IMG/VR virus record: IMGVR_UViG_3300033067_002581
Span: 1-64,000 of that record
Length of the DNA stretch: 64,000 nucleotides
Strand: one strand, 5' to 3'
Source of the DNA: a virus
Lineage: Duplodnaviria > Caudoviricetes
Positions 1-8,859 of this stretch are shown in pieces. The translations under genes and the position numbers were made by a program. Below the pieces are notes generated by a model. The model saw only the letters and a program-made list of their open reading frames with translations, ran no database searches and was not told the DNA's origin. The stretch's first letter is position 1. Each line of letters starts with the position of its first letter.

Positions 1-1035
1 ATCAAGCGCGTTCTTGTCGTTCACCGTCACGATCGTGAGCTTCGCCGTCTGCTTGAACCACTCAGAGAGCTCCAACAAGCACGCCTGCGAGTCAAACGTG
101 CACCTGTCAAAGTCATCGATGATGATGGCATCGGGCTTGAAGATCTTCACAGACTCCATGATGGACGGGACGAACTTCGGGTCGATGTCCTCGACGCAGA
201 TCCTCAGCGCGCGAAGCTCGAGCTTCTTGATGAGCATCTGAGCCATCGTGCTCTTTCCCGTCCCGGGAGGGCCCTCGAGCATCAGGGAGCGAGAGAGGCC
301 GACGCTGAACGCGCGCGAATAATTTTTCGCGATGAGCTCAGTCCTCGCGCTGCTGCCGAGACTGTGAACGTCATCCTGCTTGAAGCTGAGGTATGACGTG
401 GAGCTCGCGTTGTAGTCATCGTCAGAAGACATGGCCTGCCGGGAGACTCGCTTGACGACGATGACGTTGACGTTCCTGTACTTCTCCCACAGCTGCTCAG
501 AGACGATCCTGCGAACGTCTTCGACGCGATCGGAATCGCAGTAGATCTTCACGGGAACGTGGTAGAAGGCGCTCTTGAACAGAGGCAGGTCCTCCCACCC
601 GATCTCGACGCCAGGAGCGATCTCGACGAAGCTGATCTTCGTCATATCGCTGTTGTCGTTATCAGCGTTCTTCGAACGCTCGTGAATGGTGCGAGGCAGC
701 GAGCGATACATCTCATAGATGAGACCGCTGAAGTCAGAGGTGAACGGCGTGACCCACCCGTGGTTGTCAAAGAAGTTGACATCCACGTCCTCGATGAGGT
801 CAGCGACCTTGTCGAGAAGCCCAAACGCGCTGCTGATCATCGTGACGAGAACGCTCCGATCCTTGCGAGCCGCCTTTCTGATCTGACGTCCAGACTCATA
901 GAGGTGAGTCGTGACGTCAGACGCGAACTTCAGACCCCTGCTGGACCTCAGCGCCTGGTAGTTCTGCCAGAAAGACTTACCGCTGTTCCACTTCAACCCG
1001 ATTGTGAAAGGGCTCTTACTTGTGTTTCTTCCCAT
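1..1035 (-). CDS. AAA+ ATPase, runs off the left edge of the window
   Basis: Translated by hand (absent from ORF track): ATG at 1035, Walker A LMLEGPPGTGKST, Walker B AIIIDDFD, sensor-like IVTVN. Confidence 0.85.
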   Translation of the reverse strand, partial: MGRNTSKSPFTIGLKWNSGKSFWQNYQALRSSRGLKFASDVTTHLYESGRQIRKAARKDRSVLVTMISSAFGLLDKVADLIEDVDVNFFDNHGWVTPFTSDFSGLIYEMYRSLPRTIHERSKNADNDNSDMTKISFVEIAPGVEIGWEDLPLFKSAFYHVPVKIYCDSDRVEDVRRIVSEQLWEKYRNVNVIVVKRVSRQAMSSDDDYNASSTSYLSFKQDDVHSLGSSARTELIAKNYSRAFSVGLSRSLMLEGPPGTGKSTMAQMLIKKLELRALRICVEDIDPKFVPSIMESVKIFKPDAIIIDDFDRCTFDSQACLLELSEWFKQTAKLTIVTVNDKNALD

Positions 1036-1071
1036 CTCGCTCACGCTCCAGATATGTTTTCCGTCATGAAC

Positions 1072-1101
1072 AGAATACAACAGCTCACTCTAGCGTTGCA
1101 C
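1072..1101 (-). promoter_or_regulatory. Putative early/middle promoter GTGCAA-18-TATTCT
   Basis: Same bipartite motif recurs upstream of about 10 transcription units in this window. Confidence 0.55.
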
Positions 1102-1854
1102 TGCTCTGTCCCACGATATGACTAAACCTCTCGCCACACGTTCTCTGATCACGTCATCACCAATGAGCGCTGCGCGGTGTTGTGGCCATGGAACCGCTGG
1201 TAGCAACCGCGTTCGAGGCGCTGTTATCATGACATGCTGCCTTAGCCGCCATTGCGCGCAAGACTCAGCGAGCATGGCTCTAAACTCCCTAGATGTCACG
1301 TCGGTGGCGCGCCTCCACGGTGAGACGCGAGAGGCGTGCAGAGCGCGCTCGATGAGTTCAGGTCCCAGACCGGAGATCGGCTCATCGCGTCGAAGCATCT
1401 CCGCTATCGTCTCACCGTCTCTCGCCTCGTGCGTCAGGCGCGCATTGACGTCAGCGCCTGACTCGAATGACATCGGGATCGTGTCAATAGAAGCCTCAGC
1501 TCTTGCAGCGTCCTTGCCATCAAGGACGATCGCGTAAACGAATTTACGAGCATCGCTGACGCTCAGCGCGACGTCACTCAGCATGATATCGAGCGCCTTG
1601 CGCTGTGACACAGCGCAAGGCGCCTCGCTCATGATCGTTGATTCATTAAAAGAGATGACGAGGATCCTGTCAGCGAATCTCATGTGCAGCCGCCTGCCTC
1701 TAGAGAATACGGCCGACAGATGGGTGCCGTTCAACACAGCGTCAAGCCCTCTACAGGACCTGCACCGCGTGGCCAGCGTCGCGCGAAGCAGCTCAGAGCC
1801 CACAGCTGGTTGCAGGAGCTCCGCCCATGCGGCGACCTCAGGTCCCTCTATCAT
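1090..1854 (-). CDS. Fpg/Nei-like DNA glycosylase homolog, degenerate
   Basis: Start MIEGPEV (cf. MPEGPEV), SRGRRL (cf. RRGKYL), H2TH-like ISGLGPELIERALHASRVSPW; no zinc finger. Confidence 0.65.
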   Translation of the reverse strand: MIEGPEVAAWAELLQPAVGSELLRATLATRCRSCRGLDAVLNGTHLSAVFSRGRRLHMRFADRILVISFNESTIMSEAPCAVSQRKALDIMLSDVALSVSDARKFVYAIVLDGKDAARAEASIDTIPMSFESGADVNARLTHEARDGETIAEMLRRDEPISGLGPELIERALHASRVSPWRRATDVTSREFRAMLAESCAQWRLRQHVMITAPRTRLLPAVPWPQHRAALIGDDVIRERVARGLVISWDRAVQR

Positions 1855-2320
1855 GAGAGACTCGCCATCTCCAGTAGCGTTTGAGGGGTCCGTCATCCGG
1901 CTCATCATCTCCTAGCTCACCATCACAGAAGATCCTATGTGACCTTCTCGCGTACTCGCCGACACCGAACTGCTCAGTGAGCGATTCTCCGGCGGTTGCA
2001 GCGCGAGCGAGGTTCCTGACGACCCTCGCTCGGCGCGACACGAAACCAAGGCACCTCAGTGAGGCCGCTAGCTCTGCCTCATCCGCGTTCGCGAGGCTCG
2101 CGGCGGCAGGCCACTTAGTCATCAGGTCAGAGAGAACCCTCTGCGCGACGGTCCTAGACGCGCAGTTCAAGAGGCAGCACATGATCAGCAGCCACATGGG
2201 CTGCGTCACGAGGTCCTCCTGGATGAGGGAATACGGGCTGCGAGGCGGGACAGTCACGAGCAGATCACTAGTTAGCTTGCGGACTGACCTTCGGTGTAAG
2301 GCGTGCCGACAGCCTTCCAA
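1838..2320 (-). CDS. MBD4-like HhH-GPD mismatch (T/U:G) DNA glycosylase; true start probably near 2255-2275
   Basis: PPRSPYSLIQEDL, LLN, LRCLG, GVGEYARRSHRIFC, EPDDGPLKRYWRW are colinear with the MBD4 glycosylase domain; catalytic Asp appears kept. Confidence 0.8.
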   Translation of the reverse strand: MEGCRHALHRRSVRKLTSDLLVTVPPRSPYSLIQEDLVTQPMWLLIMCCLLNCASRTVAQRVLSDLMTKWPAAASLANADEAELAASLRCLGFVSRRARVVRNLARAATAGESLTEQFGVGEYARRSHRIFCDGELGDDEPDDGPLKRYWRWRVSHDRGT

Positions 2321-3573
2321 TAGATGACGCTCGTGCCACGAGGGATCTTGCGATTCACGCTGGTCGACTGGATGAACACATCGAAGTTTGCGTGGTTGCC
2401 CGGGCGAACTGGGACGTCACCGACGAGAGGCAGGCCGAGCATGGTCCGCGCGTCATCGCCGCCATAGATCTTGCCAGTCGTCTTCTCGCGGATGACGATC
2501 TTCTTATACGCCTGGACGTTCTTCTCTGGCTTCGTGAGTTGGTAGAACGCGCTGCCACGCAGCATCGGCGAGCGAGTCACACGCTCACAGAATTCGCGCA
2601 GCGTCTCCTCGACGCTAGCCGTGAGGACGCGGACCTCTCCATTGATCTCGTTCAGCTTCTTGAGATCGCTCTTCTTGATGTTGGACGCGTCAGTCGAGTA
2701 GAACGACCGAGTCGCCGTCTGCCCAGCCGCTCGCGAGGTGAAGTAGTTGTTAAACCCGGCCTGGGTCTGCGTCGCCGCCACCTGACTGCCGCGCTCGCTC
2801 TGCTCCCATTCCTCGACGTTACCGTCAGGGACGCTGAAAGCCATGCAGAAGTTACGCTTGTGTCCCTTCGGGAGCATGAACGTCATCGTGTAACGATCGG
2901 TCGCCTGGTTGCGCGACATCAGCCTGTTGATGTCATCGCTAGAGTACTGCCGGCTGTCATTCTCACCACCGTCAGTGATGACGTTGAAGATGAAGCTTGC
3001 GCCTGGCTTGACGCGCTCGACGCTGCTGAAATGCGAGATGATCTCGCCGATCGTGTCGAAGAGTCGCGTGTAGCCCTCATTCGGCATGAATCTCTGGACG
3101 CTCGGAGCCAGCGCTGCCTGGCCACAGAACTCGCGAGTCACTCGCTCGCCAAACCACCAGATCGTCAGGTTGACGGTGTGCTCAGGCGTTGACGGGTTGC
3201 TTTTCACGCAGTCGATGACGGTGTTGAACATGCGCTCGGCGGCACTTGCGATGCAGGCCATCGACTGCGAGCGATCGAATGCCAGCGCGATCTCGGTGTG
3301 CTTCGGCTTCACGGGCGCCTTCACCTGCTTCTTTGCTTTTGGCGCGGTCTTCTTCGCTGCTTTCGAGCGAGAGCTGCTAGAGACGTCACCGTCAGCGTCT
3401 ACGTAATAGAGCGTGTTCGGCGCTCGCTTCAGGACGAACGTAGCGAGGACGTTCACCTTGTCACCGCGCTTCTCGCACGCGTCAGACGTGTTACTCGCGC
3501 GGTCAGCGATCCTGACGTAGTATGTCCGGCCCTTGACCTTCTTGATGCCCAGCTTGACGACTTTCTTTTTCAT
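2272..3573 (-). CDS. von Willebrand factor A domain protein with basic N-terminus
   Basis: MIDAS motif DRSQSM, TRLFDTI, VITDGGENDS. Confidence 0.85.
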   Translation of the reverse strand: MKKKVVKLGIKKVKGRTYYVRIADRASNTSDACEKRGDKVNVLATFVLKRAPNTLYYVDADGDVSSSSRSKAAKKTAPKAKKQVKAPVKPKHTEIALAFDRSQSMACIASAAERMFNTVIDCVKSNPSTPEHTVNLTIWWFGERVTREFCGQAALAPSVQRFMPNEGYTRLFDTIGEIISHFSSVERVKPGASFIFNVITDGGENDSRQYSSDDINRLMSRNQATDRYTMTFMLPKGHKRNFCMAFSVPDGNVEEWEQSERGSQVAATQTQAGFNNYFTSRAAGQTATRSFYSTDASNIKKSDLKKLNEINGEVRVLTASVEETLREFCERVTRSPMLRGSAFYQLTKPEKNVQAYKKIVIREKTTGKIYGGDDARTMLGLPLVGDVPVRPGNHANFDVFIQSTSVNRKIPRGTSVIYWKAVGTPYTEGQSAS

Positions 3574-3602
3574 CTTTTTCCATTATGCGGCAGGTTGCCG
3601 CG

Positions 3603-4430
3603 CTATCGCGAGGCCCAAAGCGCCTCAAACGGCGCGATGAACTTCGACATGTCACTTATCATGGACTTGAAGTCCCACATCGAGAACTGCAGCGTGACCG
3701 CGTCCCAATCACGCTTGGGTGCCGACGACTGCAGCCTAATCCAGCCGTCCTCGCCGTCACGTGGTGAGGCGAACCGCAGCAGCGCGACGTTTTTCTCAAA
3801 GCGATCGACGATGCCCCTCTCGCTCAGCTCAGCTAAGAGCAGGCCTGAATCGGCTGAACACGCCGCCGCCTCGGCGTCAGGCATGATGCGTGGGATGCAG
3901 TCTGAGGCGTCCCCACGCAGCGCTCGCCAGATCAGGAACGAGCCGACACCCGGTGGTAGCTCGACAGCACACTTCTGCACCGGATCAAAAAGCTCTACGC
4001 TATCTCCGATATCAGACACGAGCTGCAGGTAGTCCCTGTCAGTCGACACGATCACGCTCTTGACGGCCGTCGATGACAGGGACACCATCCTCGCTATGAC
4101 ATCGTCGGCCTCAAGCTCAGGGTGACGCACCACCGAGACAGGGAAGCTCTCGCTTAACAGCCTCACTGTCTCGTCGACCTGTGAGAAAAAATCTGCGCGC
4201 GTCGGTGCGCGCCTGTTTGATTTATACCGCGGGTCGATCGCGTCTCTGTGAGAGTGTGATCCCTCAAGCGCCATCACGATTCTTGTCGGTGACAGTCGCT
4301 TCACCAGCGAGCACAGCCCTCTAAAAAAGTTGAAAGCTATGAAATGATCGCCCGCTGTAAAACCACTCGCAGCCCTGTGCAACAGACACATCCCATCGAG
4401 GTACAGCGTGACTGGTTTGGTCATCATCAT
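3603..4430 (-). CDS. 5'-3' exonuclease / RNase H (FEN family), copy 1
   Basis: LYLDG, ELEADDVIA, VSTDRDYLQLV, LRGDASDCIP. Confidence 0.9.
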   Translation of the reverse strand: MMMTKPVTLYLDGMCLLHRAASGFTAGDHFIAFNFFRGLCSLVKRLSPTRIVMALEGSHSHRDAIDPRYKSNRRAPTRADFFSQVDETVRLLSESFPVSVVRHPELEADDVIARMVSLSSTAVKSVIVSTDRDYLQLVSDIGDSVELFDPVQKCAVELPPGVGSFLIWRALRGDASDCIPRIMPDAEAAACSADSGLLLAELSERGIVDRFEKNVALLRFASPRDGEDGWIRLQSSAPKRDWDAVTLQFSMWDFKSMISDMSKFIAPFEALWASR

Positions 4431-4510
4431 CTCCTGGATCGTATATCGGTGATGTGATAAACGTCTCTGGGGCTGAGACCCTGTCAGTCAGCGGTACGAC
4501 GTCTGAGACG

Positions 4511-4729
4511 TCAAACTCTTGCATGTCGCTTGCCTGCGTCTATCAGGGACTTCAGAAACGTTGCCTCGTGTGGCGACAGCTGTGGTCTCTGCAGCAGGAC
4601 AGAAGTGGTGTCAGAGATGACACGCAGCTCTGTTGAGAGCTGTGACGTCTTCAATCCACGAGAGTACCCAGACCTGTAGCCAAGCCATGCCGCCGCAGCC
4701 ATCAGCGGCGCCGCGATGAACTCGATCAT
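4511..4729 (-). CDS. Hypothetical protein with N-terminal hydrophobic segment
   Basis: In-operon ORF, hydrophobic N-terminus. Confidence 0.5.
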   Translation of the reverse strand: MIEFIAAPLMAAAAWLGYRSGYSRGLKTSQLSTELRVISDTTSVLLQRPQLSPHEATFLKSLIDAGKRHARV

Positions 4730-4734
4730 GCGTG

Positions 4735-5136
4735 TTACCTTAGGAGGTTTAGGTGTTTGGTGATCGTGTCTATCTTAGACGATAGAGCGGGACCTATCAC
4801 GAGGCACGTCGCGGTCGGAACGTTGTCAAAAACCGTGCGGCCTTCATCGATGACCACGTGAGACTCGAGGCCTGACGCGATGGCCAGCTCACCCAGCGAG
4901 CGCATCTCTTTTTCATCAGCGCAGCTAACGATGATCTTGCTCATCGAGCCGCATAACCAGTCGCGCTCATGATCAGACATGACGACGTCAGCGCCACAGC
5001 GCTTGAAACGATCAGCCAACCAGAGCATCGCAGCGTGCGCGACCTGACCAGCGATCTTTCCGACGGTCACCCTCTTGTTTGAGAGGAGGTCACCGCGAAA
5101 TACAATGACCTGCTTGACATCGTCACCAGCGTTCAT
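4735..5136 (-). CDS. pth2: Peptidyl-tRNA hydrolase, Pth2 family
   Basis: KQVIVFRGDL, GKIAGQVAHAA, VIDEGRT, TCLVIGP, IDTITKHLNLL. Confidence 0.92.
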   Translation of the reverse strand: MNAGDDVKQVIVFRGDLLSNKRVTVGKIAGQVAHAAMLWLADRFKRCGADVVMSDHERDWLCGSMSKIIVSCADEKEMRSLGELAIASGLESHVVIDEGRTVFDNVPTATCLVIGPALSSKIDTITKHLNLLR

Positions 5137-5139
5137 CTG

Positions 5140-5226
5140 AGGAGCGTGAGGGATTCGAACCCCCGGGCCGTTTCCGACCTACTGGTTAGCAACCAGTCGC
5201 GATAGACCTGACTCTGCCAACGCTCC
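5140..5226 (-). tRNA. tRNA-Ser (anticodon GCT), long variable arm, CCA not encoded
   Basis: Acceptor GGAGCGT/ACGCTCC, anticodon stem ACTGG/CCAGT with loop TT-GCT-AA, GGTTCGAATCC T-arm. Confidence 0.92.
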
Positions 5227-5227
5227 G

Positions 5228-5312
5228 AGGAGAGAGCGGGATTCGAACCCGCGGACCTTTTACAATCTCTCGCTTTCGAGGCGAGCGCCTTAGGCCACTC
5301 AGCCATCTCTCC
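5228..5312 (-). tRNA. tRNA-Ser (anticodon CGA), long variable arm, CCA not encoded
   Basis: Acceptor GGAGAGA/TCTCTCC, stem CTCGC/GCGAG with loop CT-CGA-AA, GGTTCGAATCC. Confidence 0.92.
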
Positions 5313-5313
5313 G

Positions 5314-5386
5314 TACTCGCTGCCGGGATCGAACCGGCGACCTCATCCATGTGAGGGATGCGCTCTTCCTGCTGAGCTAAGCGAGT
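5314..5386 (-). tRNA. tRNA-Val (anticodon CAC), CCA not encoded
   Basis: Acceptor ACTCGCT/AGCGAGT, D-arm TAGCTCAG, stem CATCC/GGATG with loop CT-CAC-AT, GGTTCGATCC. Confidence 0.92.
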
Positions 5387-5437
5387 GCATCACCGCTAGG
5401 ATTGAATCCTAAGCACCGCGGTGATGTGTTATAAGCT

Positions 5438-5467
5438 AGTCTAACTCATTCGCTCTAAATATTGCAC
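5438..5467 (-). promoter_or_regulatory. Putative promoter GTGCAA-18-TAGACT for the tRNA cluster
   Basis: Recurrent motif. Confidence 0.55.
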
Positions 5468-5471
5468 AGCT

Positions 5472-5744
5472 CTAGTTGCTCTTCACTTTTGTGACGCGTG
5501 CCTTCTTCTGCTCTCGCTCAGCGATCAGCAGAGCGGCGAGTTTAGCGCGTTGCCTGTGCGCGACGAACCCACCGCGATCCAGCAGCGTGATCTTCTGCTC
5601 AGTCGAGAGCTTGTCATACTCAGCCTGCCGCTCCTTCGCGAGACGAACGCGCCTCGCGCGGAGATCCGGCCGCTTGCCCATGACGCCCTTGTGCACCCTG
5701 ACTCGCTCGTGCCCACCACGCTTCCTCAAGCCATTGAAACTCAT
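5472..5744 (-). CDS. Small basic hypothetical protein
   Basis: GGAGG precedes ATG at 5744; Arg/Lys-rich. Confidence 0.6.
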   Translation of the reverse strand: MSFNGLRKRGGHERVRVHKGVMGKRPDLRARRVRLAKERQAEYDKLSTEQKITLLDRGGFVAHRQRAKLAALLIAEREQKKARVTKVKSN

Positions 5745-5778
5745 GCGCCCTCCACGTATGCAGCGCTGACGCATTGCG

Positions 5779-6675
5779 TCAGCTGGTTGTAGCCGCCTCT
5801 ACCAGCAGCTTTGATATTATGAACTTGTCACGAAATATGAGCGTCGACAGCATGAACGCGTCCTCGAAGCTCATGATACGACCGAGCTCACGCTGCACGC
5901 CCCACGATATCTTACGTGCCTTAAGCGCGTCTTCATCTGACATAAGATCTATCAGAGTCTTCGCATCAGCTTGCGAGATCCGTGGCACAATGCCTAGCGA
6001 CCTCATCCGATGAGAGTATTTGGTGAGTCTCTCAAGAGTCTTGAAAAGCCTGTGCTCACTAGCTCTTGATTCAAGACACTGCCTGTTAACGGACAGCTCA
6101 CCGGCTAGCTCTCGCTTCATGTACCCTTCTGGGCAGATGACATCATTACCATCGATCGCCACCTGCGATGACGTTATGTCAAAATCCCTGAGGACATGCT
6201 CGACAGCGCCACGCTTGAACGTGATGACGTTTATCGTCACAGTCCTTCTAGATTGTTTTACCGTTGGCCCAAGCGCTGCTCGTACAAAGCTTTTCGCTGC
6301 GCCAAACAGCGTCCCATCGTTCTTAGTTTCAATCGCGTAGAAGCGCCTGAACCACGCGCCACCAAGGTGGGACGGCGGCGTGATGTCCTCGTTCAGATAC
6401 GCCGCGGCGTTGCTCGTCCACTCTCCTGGAAGAAGAGAGATATCTGGCGGATCTCCACGAAAGTACACGTCAATGTCATTGAACTGGTCAGAGACCTGAT
6501 CAAACGACAGCCGCATCTTATACGAGAGCAAGACAGCCCTCGCCGCTGAGCCCGCCACAAAGCCACCCATCTTCATGAGAAGCTTCAAGGCGCTGTCGGC
6601 CTCATCGTTAGGCGGGCTCGCGACGATCAGCGGGTCGGCTAGCAGCAGCGCTCCCTCATGTCGCTCAAATATCAT
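5779..6675 (-). CDS. Pol-beta superfamily nucleotidyltransferase (CCA-adding/poly(A) polymerase head-like)
   Basis: GGFVAGSAAR, NDIDVYF (DxD), LRDFDIT. Confidence 0.6.
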   Translation of the reverse strand: MIFERHEGALLLADPLIVASPPNDEADSALKLLMKMGGFVAGSAARAVLLSYKMRLSFDQVSDQFNDIDVYFRGDPPDISLLPGEWTSNAAAYLNEDITPPSHLGGAWFRRFYAIETKNDGTLFGAAKSFVRAALGPTVKQSRRTVTINVITFKRGAVEHVLRDFDITSSQVAIDGNDVICPEGYMKRELAGELSVNRQCLESRASEHRLFKTLERLTKYSHRMRSLGIVPRISQADAKTLIDLMSDEDALKARKISWGVQRELGRIMSFEDAFMLSTLIFRDKFIISKLLVEAATTS

Positions 6676-6761
6676 GAGTTTACGAGCTCGCGGATCTTGA
6701 TGACCCAGAAGATCACGACATACGCCGTGACACCCGCCAGAGCATACTTCACCAACCTCAT
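6672..6761 (-). CDS. 29-aa membrane peptide MRLVKYALAGVTAYVVIFWVIKIRELVNS
   Basis: Translated by hand; begins 7 nt after a -10 box; ATGA overlap with the next gene. Confidence 0.6.
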   Translation of the reverse strand: MRLVKYALAGVTAYVVIFWVIKIRELVNS

Positions 6762-6768
6762 GAGTAAC

Positions 6769-6797
6769 ACTCTACACTAACACGCGCCACGTTGCAC
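6769..6797 (-). promoter_or_regulatory. Putative promoter GTGCAA-17-TAGAGT, leaderless
   Basis: Recurrent motif, ATG 7 nt downstream. Confidence 0.6.
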
Positions 6798-6806
6798 TCC
6801 TCGTGA

Positions 6807-7109
6807 TCACCCGATCTCTGGACTCAGAGCCTCAAGGTACTCGTCAAACGTGTCCTTGTGAGCCACCGCCTCACGGATCTTGACGGTCTTGATGGCTGCT
6901 TGCAGCGTCGGCATATCGACGCGATCCTTGTATTCCTCGATCAGCTCCTTTCGATCCTCTCGCAGGAGCGTGATCTCACTCTCGATGTTCTGAAGCCTCT
7001 TGATGAACTCAGCGACAAGCTCTCTGATCGCGCCAAGCTCAGACGGCGCCGATTCACCGTCAGGTCGCTCACCAGTCAGCTCCTCATCTCTCTTAAGCTC
7101 TCTTGTCAT
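6807..7109 (-). CDS. GapR/DUF2312/DsbA-like dsDNA-binding protein
   Basis: FIKRLQNIESEITLLREDRKELIEEYK...DMPTLQAAIK pattern. Confidence 0.55.
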   Translation of the reverse strand: MTRELKRDEELTGERPDGESAPSELGAIRELVAEFIKRLQNIESEITLLREDRKELIEEYKDRVDMPTLQAAIKTVKIREAVAHKDTFDEYLEALSPEIG

Positions 7110-7870
7110 TTGATCTCCTTCGCCTTAGATCGTATGAATCTTATAGCATCACCATGATCTTTTATCAGCTTCGAATCTGGCGACACTCCATTAGACACAA
7201 GCTCTTTCGCGTCTTTAAAGAGAAGGTTCGCAAGGTGCAGGCACGCGCGCTGCTTGAACTGCCTCACGTCAGACACGTCTTTGACGGCTATTTTTGTCGG
7301 CAATATCTTATTCAGATCTTTCGCTGATTTTGCAGCCGCGATATGCGTAGCCTGATCAGTGACGTGGCGTAGCTTATCATGAACAGCGTCTCTCACCAAT
7401 TCTGACGCCCGCCTGAGACGCGCATCACCAGATCGAACGCCCTCGTCTATGCCAAACGCTCTCCTGAGCTTATGCGCGAGCTTCTCACCGATCGCTGATG
7501 TGATAGTCGTTGACGGAGAGTAGAGCAGAGAGAACATGACAGCGTCAGAGCCCTTCATCACCTTACGAATCTCATCATAGGCATCACCTGCCTCAGCGTG
7601 CGCGCGGCTAAGCCTCTTGTCAAGGTCAGCGTCGATCTTGTCATAGTCTGCGTCTAAGACAGGTATCAGCGTCGCTATCAATGATTCAACTGCTGTCCTC
7701 GCTAGGTGCCTGCCTCTGGCGACGGTCTTCTTGACCTCCGCTCCAGCGACCTTTGATGCATCAACGACTGGTTTCACGAAGATGTCATAGAGGCTGCCGC
7801 TATGACCAAACTGGTAACCGAACTCATCCTCAGACTCGGCTATTATAGAGCGAACGACGCTATCTGTCAT
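7106..7870 (-). CDS. Hypothetical late protein
   Basis: ATG at 7870 follows an ATACGTA motif; N-terminal VVRSIIAE. Confidence 0.6.
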   Translation of the reverse strand: MTDSVVRSIIAESEDEFGYQFGHSGSLYDIFVKPVVDASKVAGAEVKKTVARGRHLARTAVESLIATLIPVLDADYDKIDADLDKRLSRAHAEAGDAYDEIRKVMKGSDAVMFSLLYSPSTTITSAIGEKLAHKLRRAFGIDEGVRSGDARLRRASELVRDAVHDKLRHVTDQATHIAAAKSAKDLNKILPTKIAVKDVSDVRQFKQRACLHLANLLFKDAKELVSNGVSPDSKLIKDHGDAIRFIRSKAKEIK

Positions 7871-7892
7871 ACATGTACGTATGACGCTACCG

Positions 7893-8300
7893 TCACGTTC
7901 GCGATATGACGGAGCCGATAACCCTGTGAAACCACGCCGCCTGAGACGGGATGATGTCCGGTAGCTGCGCCAGCTCAAAGAACCGCGCGTCCGAGTTCTC
8001 AAACCCATCTGCCGCGAGGTCACTCGCGTCAGTGACATCAGCGAGCCACACGCGGACTCGCTTGACGTATGATCGAGTCCTTACGTAGAAGTCCTCGAGC
8101 TCGCTGACCAGCCTGACTCGCACGCGAGTCTCCTCAAACGTCTCTCTGAGAGCCGCGATCTCTGGTTCCTCACCGTCGTTGACGTGTCCCTTTGGGATCG
8201 CCCACATGTCTCTATTTGAAGGCTTTATCAGAAGCACGCGTCGCTTAGCGTCAAGAGCTATGACGCCGCACGACAGCTCCTGTGGCAATGACTCTGTCAT
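7893..8300 (-). CDS. Nudix hydrolase
   Basis: Nudix box PKGHVNDGEEPEIAALRETFEET. Confidence 0.92.
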   Translation of the reverse strand: MTESLPQELSCGVIALDAKRRVLLIKPSNRDMWAIPKGHVNDGEEPEIAALRETFEETRVRVRLVSELEDFYVRTRSYVKRVRVWLADVTDASDLAADGFENSDARFFELAQLPDIIPSQAAWFHRVIGSVISRT

Positions 8301-8824
8301 GATTCAACTCCATAGAACGACGGTGACTCATCGACCTGAGGTGCGCCCCACCTGCCATACACCGCTTCCTTCGCGAGGCACTCTGCGTTATCAAGCGAGC
8401 GCTGCGTTTCACAGCGCTTCCCAGCTGTGCAGACATCACACCCAATCGCGTGCTCAGACGCCACCTCCTCGGCCGCGACATACGCGTCAAGAAGAGCGTT
8501 GGATCTGGCTCTTACAGCAACAGCGTTAGTTATCGGGGCTCGCGCTGATAGCGCGTTCCAGATCGCGACGATCCCGTCAAGCGGATCGTCACACTCTACG
8601 TCGTAGATGACGTCAGCACTCAACTTCAACACGACAGCGAACCACTGGTCGGCATAGACTGAGAAACATCCACCGATCTCTAGTGGGAAAGATAGCATGA
8701 GACACCGCGCCAATTGGCTCTCATCGACCAGACCTAGTGCCTCTAGTGCGTGGATCTTCGCTTCCTCTGCCTCTCGCAGACCGTCAGTGTCGCAGGTGCA
8801 GATCATTTTCATCTTATGGATCAT
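8297..8824 (-). CDS. Hypothetical protein with CxxC
   Basis: ATG 6 nt after a -10 box; ATGA overlap with the Nudix gene. Confidence 0.55.
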   Translation of the reverse strand: MIHKMKMICTCDTDGLREAEEAKIHALEALGLVDESQLARCLMLSFPLEIGGCFSVYADQWFAVVLKLSADVIYDVECDDPLDGIVAIWNALSARAPITNAVAVRARSNALLDAYVAAEEVASEHAIGCDVCTAGKRCETQRSLDNAECLAKEAVYGRWGAPQVDESPSFYGVES

Positions 8825-8830
8825 CATCCA

Positions 8831-8859
8831 ATCATAATTCATGATATGAAAAGATTCAC
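8831..8859 (-). promoter_or_regulatory. Putative promoter GTGAAT-17-TATGAT, overlapping the start of the divergent gene
   Basis: Recurrent motif. Confidence 0.55.

Noticed and set aside
559-1125. 188-aa plus-strand ORF
   Set aside because: Antisense shadow of the AAA ATPase, which has clear motifs.
1-3573. AAA ATPase plus vWA protein as a MoxR-vWA chaperone pair
   Set aside because: The ATPase lacks MoxR signatures (DEINR) and has its own promoter.
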